From Azolla caroliniana (taxonomy: Eukaryota > Plantae > Polypodiophyta): 64,000 nucleotides of DNA. The notes under the pieces are model-generated. The model did no database searches and had not been told where the DNA came from. It saw only the letters and a list, made by a program, of their open reading frames with translations. Shown piece after piece: positions 12,153-23,525 of this stretch (position 1 is the stretch's first letter; each line of letters begins with the position of its first letter). The stretch lies in contig JBHGNT010000022.1 of assembly GCA_043228905.1 (NCBI GenBank), forward strand, positions 6,510,001-6,574,000. The letters run 5' to 3'. The position numbers were made by a program, and so were the translations under genes.

Positions 12153-13940
12153 TTACTGCCGAAACGATACCCCAACGTACCCTCGCTGTCGCTCACTGAG
12201 GACCTTCACGCCGAATCGGATCGGGAACCGAATGCCGTCCTCGTCTTCTTGGTTGATGACCCACCCGATCCCGGTCGGACTCGTATCCACCGTTATGTAT
12301 ACCGGGGTGCCCTTCTCGTAGACAGCCTTCCGGAGCGCCGATGTTGCCGCAAGAGCTTCCTTCAGCTTCCGGACCGACTCCGTGTGCTCGTCTCGCCACT
12401 CGAATTTTCGCCCTTTCTTCAGCAACCCGTATAGTGGCTCCGCCACGTGGGCGTAATGCGGGATCCATATGTGGTAGAACGCGCATGCCCCCAGGAACCT
12501 CCGAACTTCCGTAACCGAGCTACAATCGGTCTTCATCGCGGAGATGGCTTCCACCTTTGCTGGAGACGGCTTCCGGCCATATGGTCCACATAGGTGTCCG
12601 ACTACCAGGATTTCCGATTGCCCGAAGGCCGATTTCTCCCCGGAGAAGGTGAGCCTCGCATCCTCTAGCCTTTGTAGCACCTTCTCGTAGTCGTCGATGT
12701 GTGTCACCACAAATCGCCGGCATCCGTCCGGCCCGACTGTCTCGTCCTTTTCCTCCACCGGGCACCCCTTGATCGGGATGTCGTCTAGAAACGGCATGGT
12801 GATGTCTGGGATGCAATCCTTCAGTACCTTGTTCATTGTATTCACCATGTGGGCTACCGAGTTGGTCCCTCCCTGTGGCAGGGTACACATTCGCACTAGG
12901 CCGAGGGGGGTTCGCATCGTCGTAATTGTTCTGCTCTCCACGGCTAGCTGGAACTGGTCGTACCCCGAGTACAGATCACCGACCGAGTAAATCGACCTTC
13001 CGGCGAAGGCCTCTGCGAACTCGTCTATGGTCGGTCCGATTCCTGCGTTCCGAATGGTCACTCTATTGACCGGCTGCAGGTCCTGAATGAAGCGCAATGT
13101 TCCGTTTTTCTTTGGTACGGTAAACCATCGGTTCGAGTATGGGGCACTCGACGGTTCGAGAATGCCCATATCGACTTTTTGCCTCAATAGCTCCATCAAC
13201 TTCGGGATGTGGGCTCTCGGTACTGGAATCGGCTTGAGATTCCACGACACATGTGGTACTGTGAATATCACCATCGGCTCCACAATCGTCGGGTCTACGC
13301 ACCCGATCTCTTCCGGCGAAAACGCGAAGGCTTTCCCATGCCTTCTGAGCATTCTCCGAAACCGGTCTTCCTCTGCAGGCAGTAGGAACCCGCCCCCACC
13401 GATCTTGAGCCCCCGGAGCGTCCCGTCGGTGAAGGTGTGTCCTATGCAGGCCGGATCTCGTAAACTGGGGTCCGACGCAACCCCTCTGATTCGGGACTCG
13501 CTGCCCTCCGGTAAGGGTGCCGCGACTGGCCTTACCTTCCGGTCCACAGTCTTGTACTTCGTGCTAACTCGGGCCGTCCGATCCGACCTGAGCCCCCGAC
13601 TGAAGTTCGCGATGACTTTGTACATCTCTTCGGAACATACCGGTATCGTCCGGTCTTCATTAAGGTCTTCTCCGGCTACCTCCCCCAGCATTCCCAAGGT
13701 GTCGTCGAAGGAGACCGCCTCCACAGCTCCGCTGATTTCCTCGTCCGGGCCGAGAACTCCGCACGCTCGAAGTCGCACTTCCGCCCTTGTCTTTTCTCGG
13801 CCGACGATGCCGACTATCATACACCCTCCGTTGTTGGAGAAGCAGAATTTCCTACTTATCGTACAGGGTTCCTTCGGTTTCGGTTCTATCGTACAGTCGT
13901 GGGGTCTTTCCCGAGTGTCCGGGCTGTCTCGGCCCCACAC
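12153..13940 (-). CDS. pol: Reverse transcriptase and RNase H N-part (element F; frameshift at ~12170)
   Basis: DLYSGYDQ, LPQGGTNS, FLDDIPIKG and TVDTSPTGIG motifs. Confidence 0.92.
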   Translation of the reverse strand: MWGRDSPDTRERPHDCTIEPKPKEPCTISRKFCFSNNGGCMIVGIVGREKTRAEVRLRACGVLGPDEEISGAVEAVSFDDTLGMLGEVAGEDLNEDRTIPVCSEEMYKVIANFSRGLRSDRTARVSTKYKTVDRKVRPVAAPLPEGSESRIRGVASDPSLRDPACIGHTFTDGTLRGLKIGGGGFLLPAEEDRFRRMLRRHGKAFAFSPEEIGCVDPTIVEPMVIFTVPHVSWNLKPIPVPRAHIPKLMELLRQKVDMGILEPSSAPYSNRWFTVPKKNGTLRFIQDLQPVNRVTIRNAGIGPTIDEFAEAFAGRSIYSVGDLYSGYDQFQLAVESRTITTMRTPLGLVRMCTLPQGGTNSVAHMVNTMNKVLKDCIPDITMPFLDDIPIKGCPVEEKDETVGPDGCRRFVVTHIDDYEKVLQRLEDARLTFSGEKSAFGQSEILVVGHLCGPYGRKPSPAKVEAISAMKTDCSSVTEVRRFLGACAFYHIWIPHYAHVAEPLYGLLKKGRKFEWRDEHTESVRKLKEALAATSALRKAVYEKGTPVYITVDTSPTGIGWVINQEDEDGIRFPIRFGVKVLSERQRGYVGVSFRQ

Positions 13941-13954
13941 CTTGGCAGCCCTCT

Positions 13955-14836
13955 CTAAAAATCCTCCCAGTTCTCGCCACCGAGGGATTCGCGGTTTCTC
14001 TCGTGGTTTGGCCGCACCGTCAAAAATTGAACCGAATGGCGCCCGTCCTGGCTTTTGACCCTCGCGTAGGCCGAACCGTTGTCCAGCACCTTGGTCTCCA
14101 TTCGCGCCGCCGTGATGTATGGTTCCCCTAATATGACCGGGTGCGAGGACGTCTCCTGTACGAAGAAGTGCTGGTCAAGCTCGACGTCGCCGATCTTGAC
14201 TCGCACGTTTGGGCAGGCCCCATGCAGTTCCTCGGTGGCGCGCGTCGCCGCCCGTATCTTCCACCCGTGCTTGGTGTTGATCGGCCACTTTCCCTTCTTA
14301 TAGAAGTCCATGGACATCAGGTTTATTTCCGAACCGTGGTCCACCAATGCCACCACCGGTTCCTGAACATCTACGATCTTTACCGGGGTCTCCGTGGTCG
14401 CTCGGGCCCAATGCGGCCTTGAATAGTGGCTCTCCGCCCACTCATCTTTCAGCGCCATGTCGTCGATGTGCATCGTCCGCATCTCCACCGGTCTTTCCGG
14501 TTCCGTCTTCGTCGACAGCCTCTTCCGCTTCACCAGGTCCACAATGGAGTCGTGGAACTCCTTCTTTGCGATCCCTAGCACCTCTCGCAACGACAGCTCC
14601 ACTTTGTTGTCGAGGATCCGTTCTTCTAGGACCTTTCGTAGGTCCGTAGTCCTTTCTATTTCCGTCCCCAGTCGGTATCCGCCCTTCCTGGGGTTATCTT
14701 GCGCGCTGGACCCACCGGCATCGTTCCGTCGTTGCCCGAATCGGGTCTCGTACCGTTGCGAGGGCCCGGCCGCTCCGGCTCTGCGAAATCGCCGCAGTCC
14801 TTCCGAATGTGGCCGACATCGTCGCACCACATGCAC
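13955..14836 (-). CDS. Aspartic protease region (element F)
   Basis: ALVDHGSEINLMS and VILGEPY retropepsin motifs. Confidence 0.8.
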   Translation of the reverse strand: MHVVRRCRPHSEGLRRFRRAGAAGPSQRYETRFGQRRNDAGGSSAQDNPRKGGYRLGTEIERTTDLRKVLEERILDNKVELSLREVLGIAKKEFHDSIVDLVKRKRLSTKTEPERPVEMRTMHIDDMALKDEWAESHYSRPHWARATTETPVKIVDVQEPVVALVDHGSEINLMSMDFYKKGKWPINTKHGWKIRAATRATEELHGACPNVRVKIGDVELDQHFFVQETSSHPVILGEPYITAARMETKVLDNGSAYARVKSQDGRHSVQFLTVRPNHERNRESLGGENWEDF

Positions 14837-15717
14837 CTGTTCCCCACTGCCGGCCGTCGGTCACGAGCCGGTTCGCCGCCTTCCCTTCGAGTCTGGGCAA
14901 TCTGGAGATCCTTTATCGCCCGCGTCAACTCCTCCAGCGCTGCTCCTCCAGACGAGCCATTGACCATGCCGGTCGAAGCCGGACCGGTTTCGAGCCATTC
15001 CCGGGTTTCTTCCCTTCGCACTTGCGGTGCCGGTTCAAGCCTCCTTGCTGTGACAGAGCCCGCACCGGCCGCCCCGTTGTCAGCCCATTCTCGCCGTTTG
15101 TCGAAACGGCCACAGACTCTCTTAACCGCAGCCCAGTCGGTTGTCAGCCCGTCTTCGGTTTCCAGCAAGGAGCCGACTTGATCCCGGTCCCGCTCGTCCA
15201 CCGACTTGACGAACAGTAGGACCCGGCTCGTATCCAGAACGGTTCGGTCAAGCGCCGAAAGGAGCGCAAAGCGTTCTTCGAACTCCCGGAGGAGTGCCGA
15301 CGCGTTTCTTCCCTTGCCGGGGGACTCCACCCATTCCATGAAGTCTCGTTTCGAAAGCCGGAGCGCGTCGTCCAGCCCGTATTTTTCTAGGAGTCGGCCT
15401 TCTAACTCCTCCCAGGTACGGCTCTCTGCCCGCACCTCGAGCACCCCCGCATGGATGCTCGGCATCGCTACTCGAGGAAACTCGGCGAGACGCCTCTCTT
15501 CCGGAATGTCCCGCATCAACATTTCTGCCCCGTAGGACGCCAAATACTTCGTGGCATCCTTTCCACTGAACCGGCGGATCGTACCGACGACCGCCTCAAT
15601 GGCTCTGTCGAGGGCGCCGGTGCCCTCGCGTGCACTCAATATCCGATCCACGGCCGAAGCCATGGCCTCTGCAAGATCCGACCCCTTCATCTTTTGCTCT
15701 TCTGCCGCCTCTTTCAC
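14656..15717 (-). CDS. gag: Gag with CCHC zinc knuckle (element F)
   Basis: CMWCDDVGHIRKDC knuckle, directly downstream of the PBS. Confidence 0.85.
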   Translation of the reverse strand: MKEAAEEQKMKGSDLAEAMASAVDRILSAREGTGALDRAIEAVVGTIRRFSGKDATKYLASYGAEMLMRDIPEERRLAEFPRVAMPSIHAGVLEVRAESRTWEELEGRLLEKYGLDDALRLSKRDFMEWVESPGKGRNASALLREFEERFALLSALDRTVLDTSRVLLFVKSVDERDRDQVGSLLETEDGLTTDWAAVKRVCGRFDKRREWADNGAAGAGSVTARRLEPAPQVRREETREWLETGPASTGMVNGSSGGAALEELTRAIKDLQIAQTRREGGEPARDRRPAVGNRCMWCDDVGHIRKDCGDFAEPERPGPRNGTRPDSGNDGTMPVGPARKITPGRADTDWGRK

Positions 15718-16365
15718 GTCGGGTTCACCAAAAGATGTCGAGGTTTTCCTCGTGGATGCGTGGAGTGAGGCGGGACCTCAGGGGTCCTGTACCGAAGAGC
15801 AAGAGAGGAAGGACAAGAGACCCACTACGTGCGAGCGTAGATTCACAGGGACACGGCCCTTTGACACAAAGACGCGAGTGGGACAGCGACACAGAGAGAC
15901 ACGAATGTATGTATCTATTAACAAAGACAACAACAAGAACACGGAAGCAACAAGAACACGAAGTCGGTTACAACCGAACAGGCCGGCGAATAGATGCCGA
16001 TGCCTGTTCGTAAACGCACAGAAAGACAGGAGCAGGTTGGAGGTGCTGCCGGAAGCACTTGGGCATTCCTCAGAGCAGCGCGAGCCTCCCGAAACCTGCA
16101 CAGAAGGAAGCTATGGAGTTTGCGAACCAGAGAGAGAGAGAGAAGCCTTCGCACGCAAACCGACAGCGCTTCGTCCTCGACTCTCCGCGATCCCCTCCCC
16201 CTTCTCGTCTCCCTCCTTTTTATAGGCAAGGAAGGAGCCGTTTCCCCTTTACTTCCTACCCACTAAATCTACTTGCCTAGGATCTTCTACGGATAACATT
16301 CGAGAAGAGCCGGTTCCTACGCTCCTGTGCACCGATTCCGCTTGTGGACGGTTTTCTTCATGACA

Positions 16366-18671
16366 GCGTCAAACCACATGACGAGCCATAAGGAGTGGTT
16401 TTCGTACCTTGAAAAACCGATACAACCTGGAGTAGTCGCAACTGGAGACGACACTCCGCATCCGATCGCGAATGGCGGAGAAGTTCCCCTTACCCATGTC
16501 GGGCAGAAAGGGAAACTCATGAACGTGCTACACATTCCGACAATCACGAAGAACTTGGTCTCGGTCGGACAGATCGTCGACCAAGGGATGGAGGTTCGGT
16601 TTACACACCTCGGGTGCTTCATTGAGGAAGAAGGCCGTGTGATTGCGCAAGGGCGCAGAGACGGGAGGATGTTCATCCTCGATTCCACTGACGGCGGCAC
16701 CGCAATGTTCGCAAAGGGACAAAAATCCGAGTCGGACATCGACTTGTGGCACAAGTGAATAGGCCACGTCAACTACCAGCGGCTTCAAGATCTGGAATCG
16801 AAACAGGTAGTGTTCGGATTGCCCAAATTTAGTGGCCGAAAGGCACAAATTTGTGAAGCCTGCCAGCTCGGGAAGCAACACCGACTTCCTTTCCCAAACG
16901 AGCGAAACCGGAGCCGGAACAAGCTCGACCTTATACACTCCGATGTATGGGGGCTGGCACAAAACGTTAGTCTTGGTGGGAGCCGATATTTCGTCTCCTT
17001 CATCGACGACCACACGCGGCACACGTGGATCTACCTCATTGAGAGGAAGAGCGAAGTCTTCGACTGTTTCCGGGACCTCAAAGGGTTCGTGGAGACGGAA
17101 ACGGGATGAAAGATCAAGTGCCTGCGGTCGGATGGCGGGAAAGAGTACTTTTCTGGTCAATTCAACGGTTACCTACAACAAATGGGAATTCGGCGCGAAT
17201 TCAGATGTAGATACACGCCGGAACAGAACGGCGTGGCCGAGAGGAAGAATTGGTCAGTTGTGGAAACGACACGAGCAATGCTGGAGGAGAAGAGCTTGCC
17301 CAAGTTATACTGGGCCGAGGCGGTAAGGACCGCGGTATACATCCAGAACCGGATCGGAGACAAAGTGTCGGTGCACGAGCTATATTTCGGAATGAAGCCA
17401 AACTTGCGACACTTGAGGGTGTTCGGTAGCATTGCGTATGTGCATGTACCGAAGGAGAAAAGGAGGAAGCTGGACGCAAAGGCCGAGAAATGCATCTTGG
17501 TCGATTACTCGGATGAGCAGAAGGGTTATAAGTGCTATAATCCTCGCACCAAACAAGCGCGTGTTAGCCGCGACATTGTGTTTGACGAGTCCGCGTCCTG
17601 GTACCAGCCCCTGACTCCGAACCCCGACTCCAATCCGAGTTTTGACGATGAGGTCAGCGAGGCCGAGATGCCTCCGGATGAGCCCGAAATCCAGACCCGC
17701 GAAGAGAGTCCGATTTCACTCTGTTTAAGTGGACCGATTGGACGACTGAGTCGGCATGATTAGTCCGATGAAGAGCCGGCGAGTAGTGGAGACTCGGCCG
17801 TGCATTCCCCGCGCAGGAAGTCGAGGAGACGGCTTACGCACAAAGAGAAAGGGAAGAAGAAGGTGTCGGATTCCGGCACGGATAGGAACGAGTCAGACCG
17901 ACGCGAGTCCGACTCCGAGGGAACCGGTGACAGGTCTTTAAAGGTGAAGTCCGCGTCGACAGAGAAGGCCTCGACATCAGCTAATGTGAGATTACGCCGA
18001 TCTACCCGCCAGAAGAATCCTGTTTTGCGGTTCGGATACAACGAGTACATGGCGCATCATTATGCGTACATGACCCGTGTAGCGGAAGTGCGTGAGCCGG
18101 AGAGCTACGCAGAAGCGGCTAAAGACGCGAATTGGCATGCCGTGATGGAGGAAGAGATGCACGCATTGGCGGAGAACGAGACCTGGGACCTGGTTGACGC
18201 ACCAACAAGGGTAAAACCGATCTGGTGTAGGTGGGTGTACAAGGTCAAGTACAACACCGATGGCTCGGTCAACCGGTACAAGGATCGGCTAGTGGCAAAG
18301 GGCTACGTGCAGAAACACGACATTGACTACGATGAGATGTTTGCGCCGGTCGCGAAAATGACGACCGTCCGTGTTTTGCTCGCAGTAGCTGCGGTGAAGC
18401 GGTGGCACTTACATCAGATGGATGTCAAGAATGCGTTCCTCCAAGGTGACCTTGAGGAACAGGTGTACATGGTACAACCCCTCGGATTTCACTCTGGAAC
18501 GAACTCCTCGGCAGTATGCCGACTGAAGAAGTCCCTTTACGGACTAAAGCAAGCCCCAGATGCCTGGAACGCAAAGATCACGAAACAACTGCGTCGGATG
18601 GGCTTCGTCACGTCAAAATCGGACTCTTCCCTGTTCATTCGGAAAGGTCGACTCGGACCGGTTATTATTTT
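16366..18671 (+). pseudogene. pol: Copia protease-integrase-RT of element D (in-frame stops)
   Basis: [38 protein letters not shown] motifs. Continues at 27677 (YVDDL) after H is removed. Confidence 0.9.
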
Positions 18672-19160
18672 TGTTGAGCGGCAAGCTCAACCGGAGCCGG
18701 ATCGGCTGAATAAGCCGGAGCCGGTAAGCGAGACGGATCGGGCGAAACGGATCGGTATTACGGTGAGCAACCGAACCGGCAAGCAGTGGAGGCCGGGTGC
18801 AATCCGTAACCGGCAGTCCAATCGGAAGCCTAGTACAGGATAGACTACAAGGTAGCTATAGTCTCGTAGTAAGTGTCAGATGCTCGTGTGAGCATTGAAG
18901 TACACGGTACTTCTGTCAGTCCCAAGAGGACTTGTATAAATAGTGCTACTTAGCACAGTGTGTGTACAGAGTCTTGATATAATTTTGAAATTACGTTCTG
19001 CTCTCTCTGTCTCTCTCTCTCTGTGTTGTTCTCTGTTTTACGCTTCCGCAAACACTTACGTTTACATGGTATCAGAGCGCGAGGGTTGAGAACCTCTGCT
19101 GCAGACATTTACTCTTGAGAAGAAAACCCTAACAGGTCGAAAACAGACACAGTAGAAGAC

Positions 19161-20329
19161 ATGGATAGAGGCATGGCTATGTCGCTCCCAGTGGAGAAGC
19201 TCGACAGGAGCAACTATGCATCCTGGTCTTACAAGATGCACCAGTACCTGCTTGGACACGGATACTGGAGTTATGTCGAAGGAGCGAATGATGCGGCGCC
19301 CAACTCGGCACACAAGGACTTCCCGGTATGGGAACAAGCGGCAAGCAGGGTGATGTACTGCTTCGCGTCCAGTGTCGGCGATCAGCTGCTTAGCCACATC
19401 CGTGACGCCAAAACACCGAAGGATGCTTGGGGGAACCTGAAAAAGGTTTTCGCCGCAAGCACCACTGCCCGGAAGCTGCAACTCAAACAGGAGTTGAGCA
19501 ATGTTCGACAGAAGAACATGACCGTGGTAGACTACACGGGCCGGATAAAGGAAATCTGCGACTCGCTCGCCTCTATCAATGTTACCGTAGAGGAAGACGA
19601 GATGGTGCAGGTATGTCTCGGAGGCCTGGCGTCCAAGTTCGGAGCGTTCCGGATTGCGGTGTGTACAAGGGAGAATACCCCCTCATTCTTCGACTTACAG
19701 TCGATGCTCCTTGTGGAGGAGAACCACGCCAGTGCATCTACCAGTGCATCCCCGGACAGCCGAATGCTGTACACGGGAACGGATCGGCTCCGTGGGCGTG
19801 GTGGAAGAGGTGGGTCGGCATGCAATGGAGGCGGCCGGCAAGAGCAGGAACGGAGGCACTATGAGCGTGCCGACAGCAGTTCCGGGACTTCCACAAGCAG
19901 GGGGAGTCAAGGCGGTGCCGGAGGCCGGCAAGACAAATCCGCTACGGAATGCTGGTACTGTGGAAAAAAAGGCCACAGGGAAAGTGAGTGCTGGAGATAG
20001 CGTGCCGATTCGGACAAATCCGGATCCGGAAAGACCGGTAAGGATGGCCGACAAAACTCGCACTACGCAAACGGATCAGGAGGATCCGGAACCGGAAAGG
20101 CCGGTAAGGGGCCAGCCTTGGTGATGAATCACAAGGCAAACTCAATGAAGGAGACCACTTCCAAAACGGAGGAAGTGTGGTATGTTGATTCCGGAGCGTC
20201 GAACCACATGACGAGCCACAAAGAGTGGTTCTCCTTTCTGGAGAAACCGGATCAACCAGGAGTAGTCGAAACCGGAGACGACACTCCTCACCCAATCGTG
20301 CACGTCGGAGAAGTCCCTCTAAGCCACGT
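19161..20329 (+). pseudogene. gag: Copia gag and protease of element H (stop at 20000)
   Basis: KLDRSNYASW, CWYCGKKGHRESEC knuckle, WYVDSGASNHM. Confidence 0.9.
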
Positions 20330-22836
20330 TGTCGTGCCCTTCGGCTCCGGATCGTTGCGTGAGTCGGGTGGGAACCGCCGAGGTTTTTTGACTAGGAGGA
20401 AGAGGAATACAACTTAAGGCTAGTTATGAATAGTGGAAAGAGAAGTAAGATAGCAATCTCGTGAATCCCACAAGTTTAGTGTAATTAAAACAATATTTAG
20501 ATTATAAGAGCAATTAGATGGCAAAATTCGTGAATCCCACGAGTATATTAGATTGATCCAACCTTGTATATTAATCAACAACCTTATACATATTTCTCTC
20601 CTCCTTATATAAAGATGGAAGAGGCTAAGCATGGCTTCATGCTTTTTCACCTAAAGTGTCCATGCACACTAAATGTGCATGTGATGCTTTGTCATTTCCT
20701 AAATATAGGGCTCATGCACGCTAGATGTGCATGAGTCACTTTTAATGGCACGTGTAAATAAAATATTCACACTCTAAAGAATACATGATTTTTACCTTTT
20801 AATAAAGGTATGTGTAAATAAAGGTCTTATACGTATTAAATCTATATTTATAACACTAAAGATAAGTCCACATACACCTTATGCAATTGACACAGGGTGT
20901 ATACGCTATTCTTGTCGACAGGGCACTCCCATCCCGTAGCTTCCCGGACACCTTCCGCGGTGCTTCGGATCTCGTTGGAGTCGGTTTTCTCGGTGTTTTC
21001 TAGAACTTCCGGCCAAAAAGACGTCTTTGCTCTCGATGACTCCCCGACACATATTCCCGCGGTTGTCGCATAGTTGCTTCTCGCCGCTAATTCCTCCTCG
21101 AGCACCTTCTTCATGCCGCCTTTCCGGAAGTTCGGTCGGAGTGGCTTCCGAGAGTCCATCGAATGAATCCGGTTTCCCTCGTAGTAGATGAGATCCCGCC
21201 GTAGCGCCTCCTTATGCTCGTCGCAATCCCTCCGATCGTGTTCGGCGCTATCGCACCATATGCACCGTCGGTCCGTATACTTGGAGCTTGTGGGGCGGTC
21301 ATCCGACTTCTTCACCATCGCGATCTTCAGATTCTCCATCTCCTTCAATAGTTGCTCCACCGTAGATGCATCAATCCCCTTCTCGGTTGTAGTCTCTCGA
21401 GCCCTCAGTTGATGGTCTTCCAATCCGGTTCTCGGTTTCGGAATCGGTTCCGAAACCCTCTTTTCCTCATCGGCAAGCCATTGCCCCCTCTTCGTGTATC
21501 GCGCTACGATATCCCGCATGCTTTCCCATGTTTCGGTGAGGCCGCTCTCCGTGGTCGTGTCCTCCAAGAGCACTCGGAGATCTTTCCGGTCCCGGACGTC
21601 CACGGCTCGCAAGAACATGATCACCTTGTCCGGTACGAGGATAGCTTGATCTCTCGCGGACAACCTCCTGAAGCGGCTTTCGAATGCCGAAAACACATCA
21701 ACGACCTTCAATCCCTTGTCCGGCATCTCCACCCAATCTTCGAATCCCCTTCGCGTCGCCTTGGAGGAATCCTCGATGGCGAACGTCCTCTTTAGCTCTA
21801 CTTCAAACGCCTCCCATGTCGGATTTTGCTGTCGTAGTCCATGGATGCTTGCTTGAAGCCCATCGGTCGCCACCCGGTTGAAGGACGTCACTTGCAGTCC
21901 TTCCGATATTCTGCACCATAGCATCTCCGCCTTGTAGTCCTGAAGATACCGCGACACGTCTTTCCCGTTGAATTGCCCGTTTCGTTGCACGAGCCACTCC
22001 ACTGATGCCGCTATCTTCGACATCGCGCGTTGTTCTTGTAGCATGTGCTCGAACATCATCATCATGTTGCTAGCCTCCGGTTGATTTTCCATCTCCTTGC
22101 CACCCGGTCTTCACGTCGGGTTCACCAACTGTGTCGTGCCCTTCGGCTCCGGATCGTTGCGTGAGTCGGGTGGGAACCGCCGAGGTTTTTTTGACTAGGA
22201 GGAAGAGGAATACAACTTAAGGCTAGTTATGAATAGTGGAAAGAGAAGTAAGATAGCAATCTCGTGAATCCCACAAGTTTAGTGTAATTAAAACAATATT
22301 TAGATTATAAGAGCAATTAGATGGCAAAATTCGTGAATCCCACGAGTATATTAGATTGATCCAACCTTGTATATTAATCAACAACCTTATACATATTTCT
22401 CTCCTCCTTATATAAAGATGGAAGAGGCTAAGCATGGCTTCATGCTTTTCCACCTAAAGTGTCCATGCACACTAAATGTGCATGTGATGCTTTGTTATTT
22501 CCTAAATATAGGGCTCATGCATGCTAGATGTGCATGAGTCACTTTTAATGGCACGTGTAAATAAAATATTCACACTCTAAAGAATACATGATTTTTACCT
22601 TTTAATAAACGTATGTGTAAATAAAGGTCTTATACGTATTAAATCTATATTTATAACACTAAAGATAAGTTATTACAATAGTAAAGTTGGGGTTTATCTA
22701 CGTGGAGGTGCATGGTTCGAATCCTGCCCTATGCACCTAATAAATTCTTTTGATATATTATTTATTTATTTATATGTATTAAAATTGGATATATTATTTT
22801 ATGGTTTTCACGTAGTGTGTGGAATACACTACGACA
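20330..22836 (-). mobile_element. Element I: tRNA-Trp-primed Gypsy, internally deleted (gag only)
   Basis: 5' LTR 22132-22836, PBS 22111-22127, partial 3' LTR 20330-20867. 4-bp TSD ACGT/ACAT. Confidence 0.9.
20848..22092 (-). CDS. gag: Gag with CCHC knuckle (element I), truncated by a deletion into the LTR
   Basis: QFNGKDVSRYL and CIWCDSAEHDRRDC. Similar to F gag. Confidence 0.85.
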   Translation of the reverse strand: MENQPEASNMMMMFEHMLQEQRAMSKIAASVEWLVQRNGQFNGKDVSRYLQDYKAEMLWCRISEGLQVTSFNRVATDGLQASIHGLRQQNPTWEAFEVELKRTFAIEDSSKATRRGFEDWVEMPDKGLKVVDVFSAFESRFRRLSARDQAILVPDKVIMFLRAVDVRDRKDLRVLLEDTTTESGLTETWESMRDIVARYTKRGQWLADEEKRVSEPIPKPRTGLEDHQLRARETTTEKGIDASTVEQLLKEMENLKIAMVKKSDDRPTSSKYTDRRCIWCDSAEHDRRDCDEHKEALRRDLIYYEGNRIHSMDSRKPLRPNFRKGGMKKVLEEELAARSNYATTAGICVGESSRAKTSFWPEVLENTEKTDSNEIRSTAEGVREATGWECPVDKNSVYTLCQLHKVYVDLSLVL

Positions 22837-22876
22837 ACATCGGACAGAAAGGGAAGCTGATGAACGTATTACACGT

Positions 22877-23521
22877 TGTCGAGGTATTCCTCGCGGATGC
22901 GTGGAATGAGGCGGGGCCTTGGGGGTCTTGTACCGAAGAGCAAGAGACAAAGGAGAAGGGAAGGGACCCACTACGTGTGGGCGTAGATTCACAGGGACAC
23001 GGCCCTTCGACACAAAGACGCGAGTGGGACACCGACGCAGAGAGACATGAATGTATGTATATATATATTAACAAGGACAAACAACAAGAAGCACAAAGTC
23101 GGTTACAACCGAACAGGCCGGCGAACAGATGCCGATGCCTGTTCGTAAACGCTCAGAAAGAAAGGAGTAGGTTGGAGGTGCTGCCGGAAGCACTCGGGCA
23201 TTCCTCAGAGCAGCGCGAGCCTCCCGAAAACTTGCACAGGAAGAAGCTACGGAGTATGGAAGAGAGAGAAGCCTTCGGCTGACAACCTGACAACACTTCG
23301 TCTTCTCTAACCGCGATACCTTTCCTCCTCCCCGTCTCCCTCCTTTTATAGGCAAGAAAGGAGCCGTTTCCCATTAACTTCCTACCTACCGAATCTACCT
23401 ACCTAGGATCTTCTATGTACCTAATTCTCTCTTATGTACTACATAAGGCGTACGTGCATGAAGAGCCAGTTCCTACACTCCGGTGCACCGATTCCGCTTG
23501 TGGACGGTTTTCTTCACGACA
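22877..23521 (-). mobile_element. Solo LTR of the F family with 4-bp TSD ACGT
   Basis: Aligns with 15736-16365. Removing it and one ACGT restores the Copia LHVPTI codons. Confidence 0.92.
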
Positions 23522-23525
23522 ACGT

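Larger units (their letters stand above)
10196..16365 (-). mobile_element. Element F: autonomous-type Ty3/Gypsy (tRNA-Trp PBS), frameshifted
   Basis: 5' LTR 15736-16365, PBS 15714-15730, truncated 3' LTR 10196-10406 with PPT GGTGGGGGCGGA. Domain order gag-PR-RT-RH-INT. Confidence 0.92.

Noticed and set aside
13087-14058. Long antisense ORFs over pol genes (also 57576-58340, 30675-31532, 28554-29411)
   Set aside because: Shadow frames of GC-rich coding or LTR sequence, with no independent motifs.
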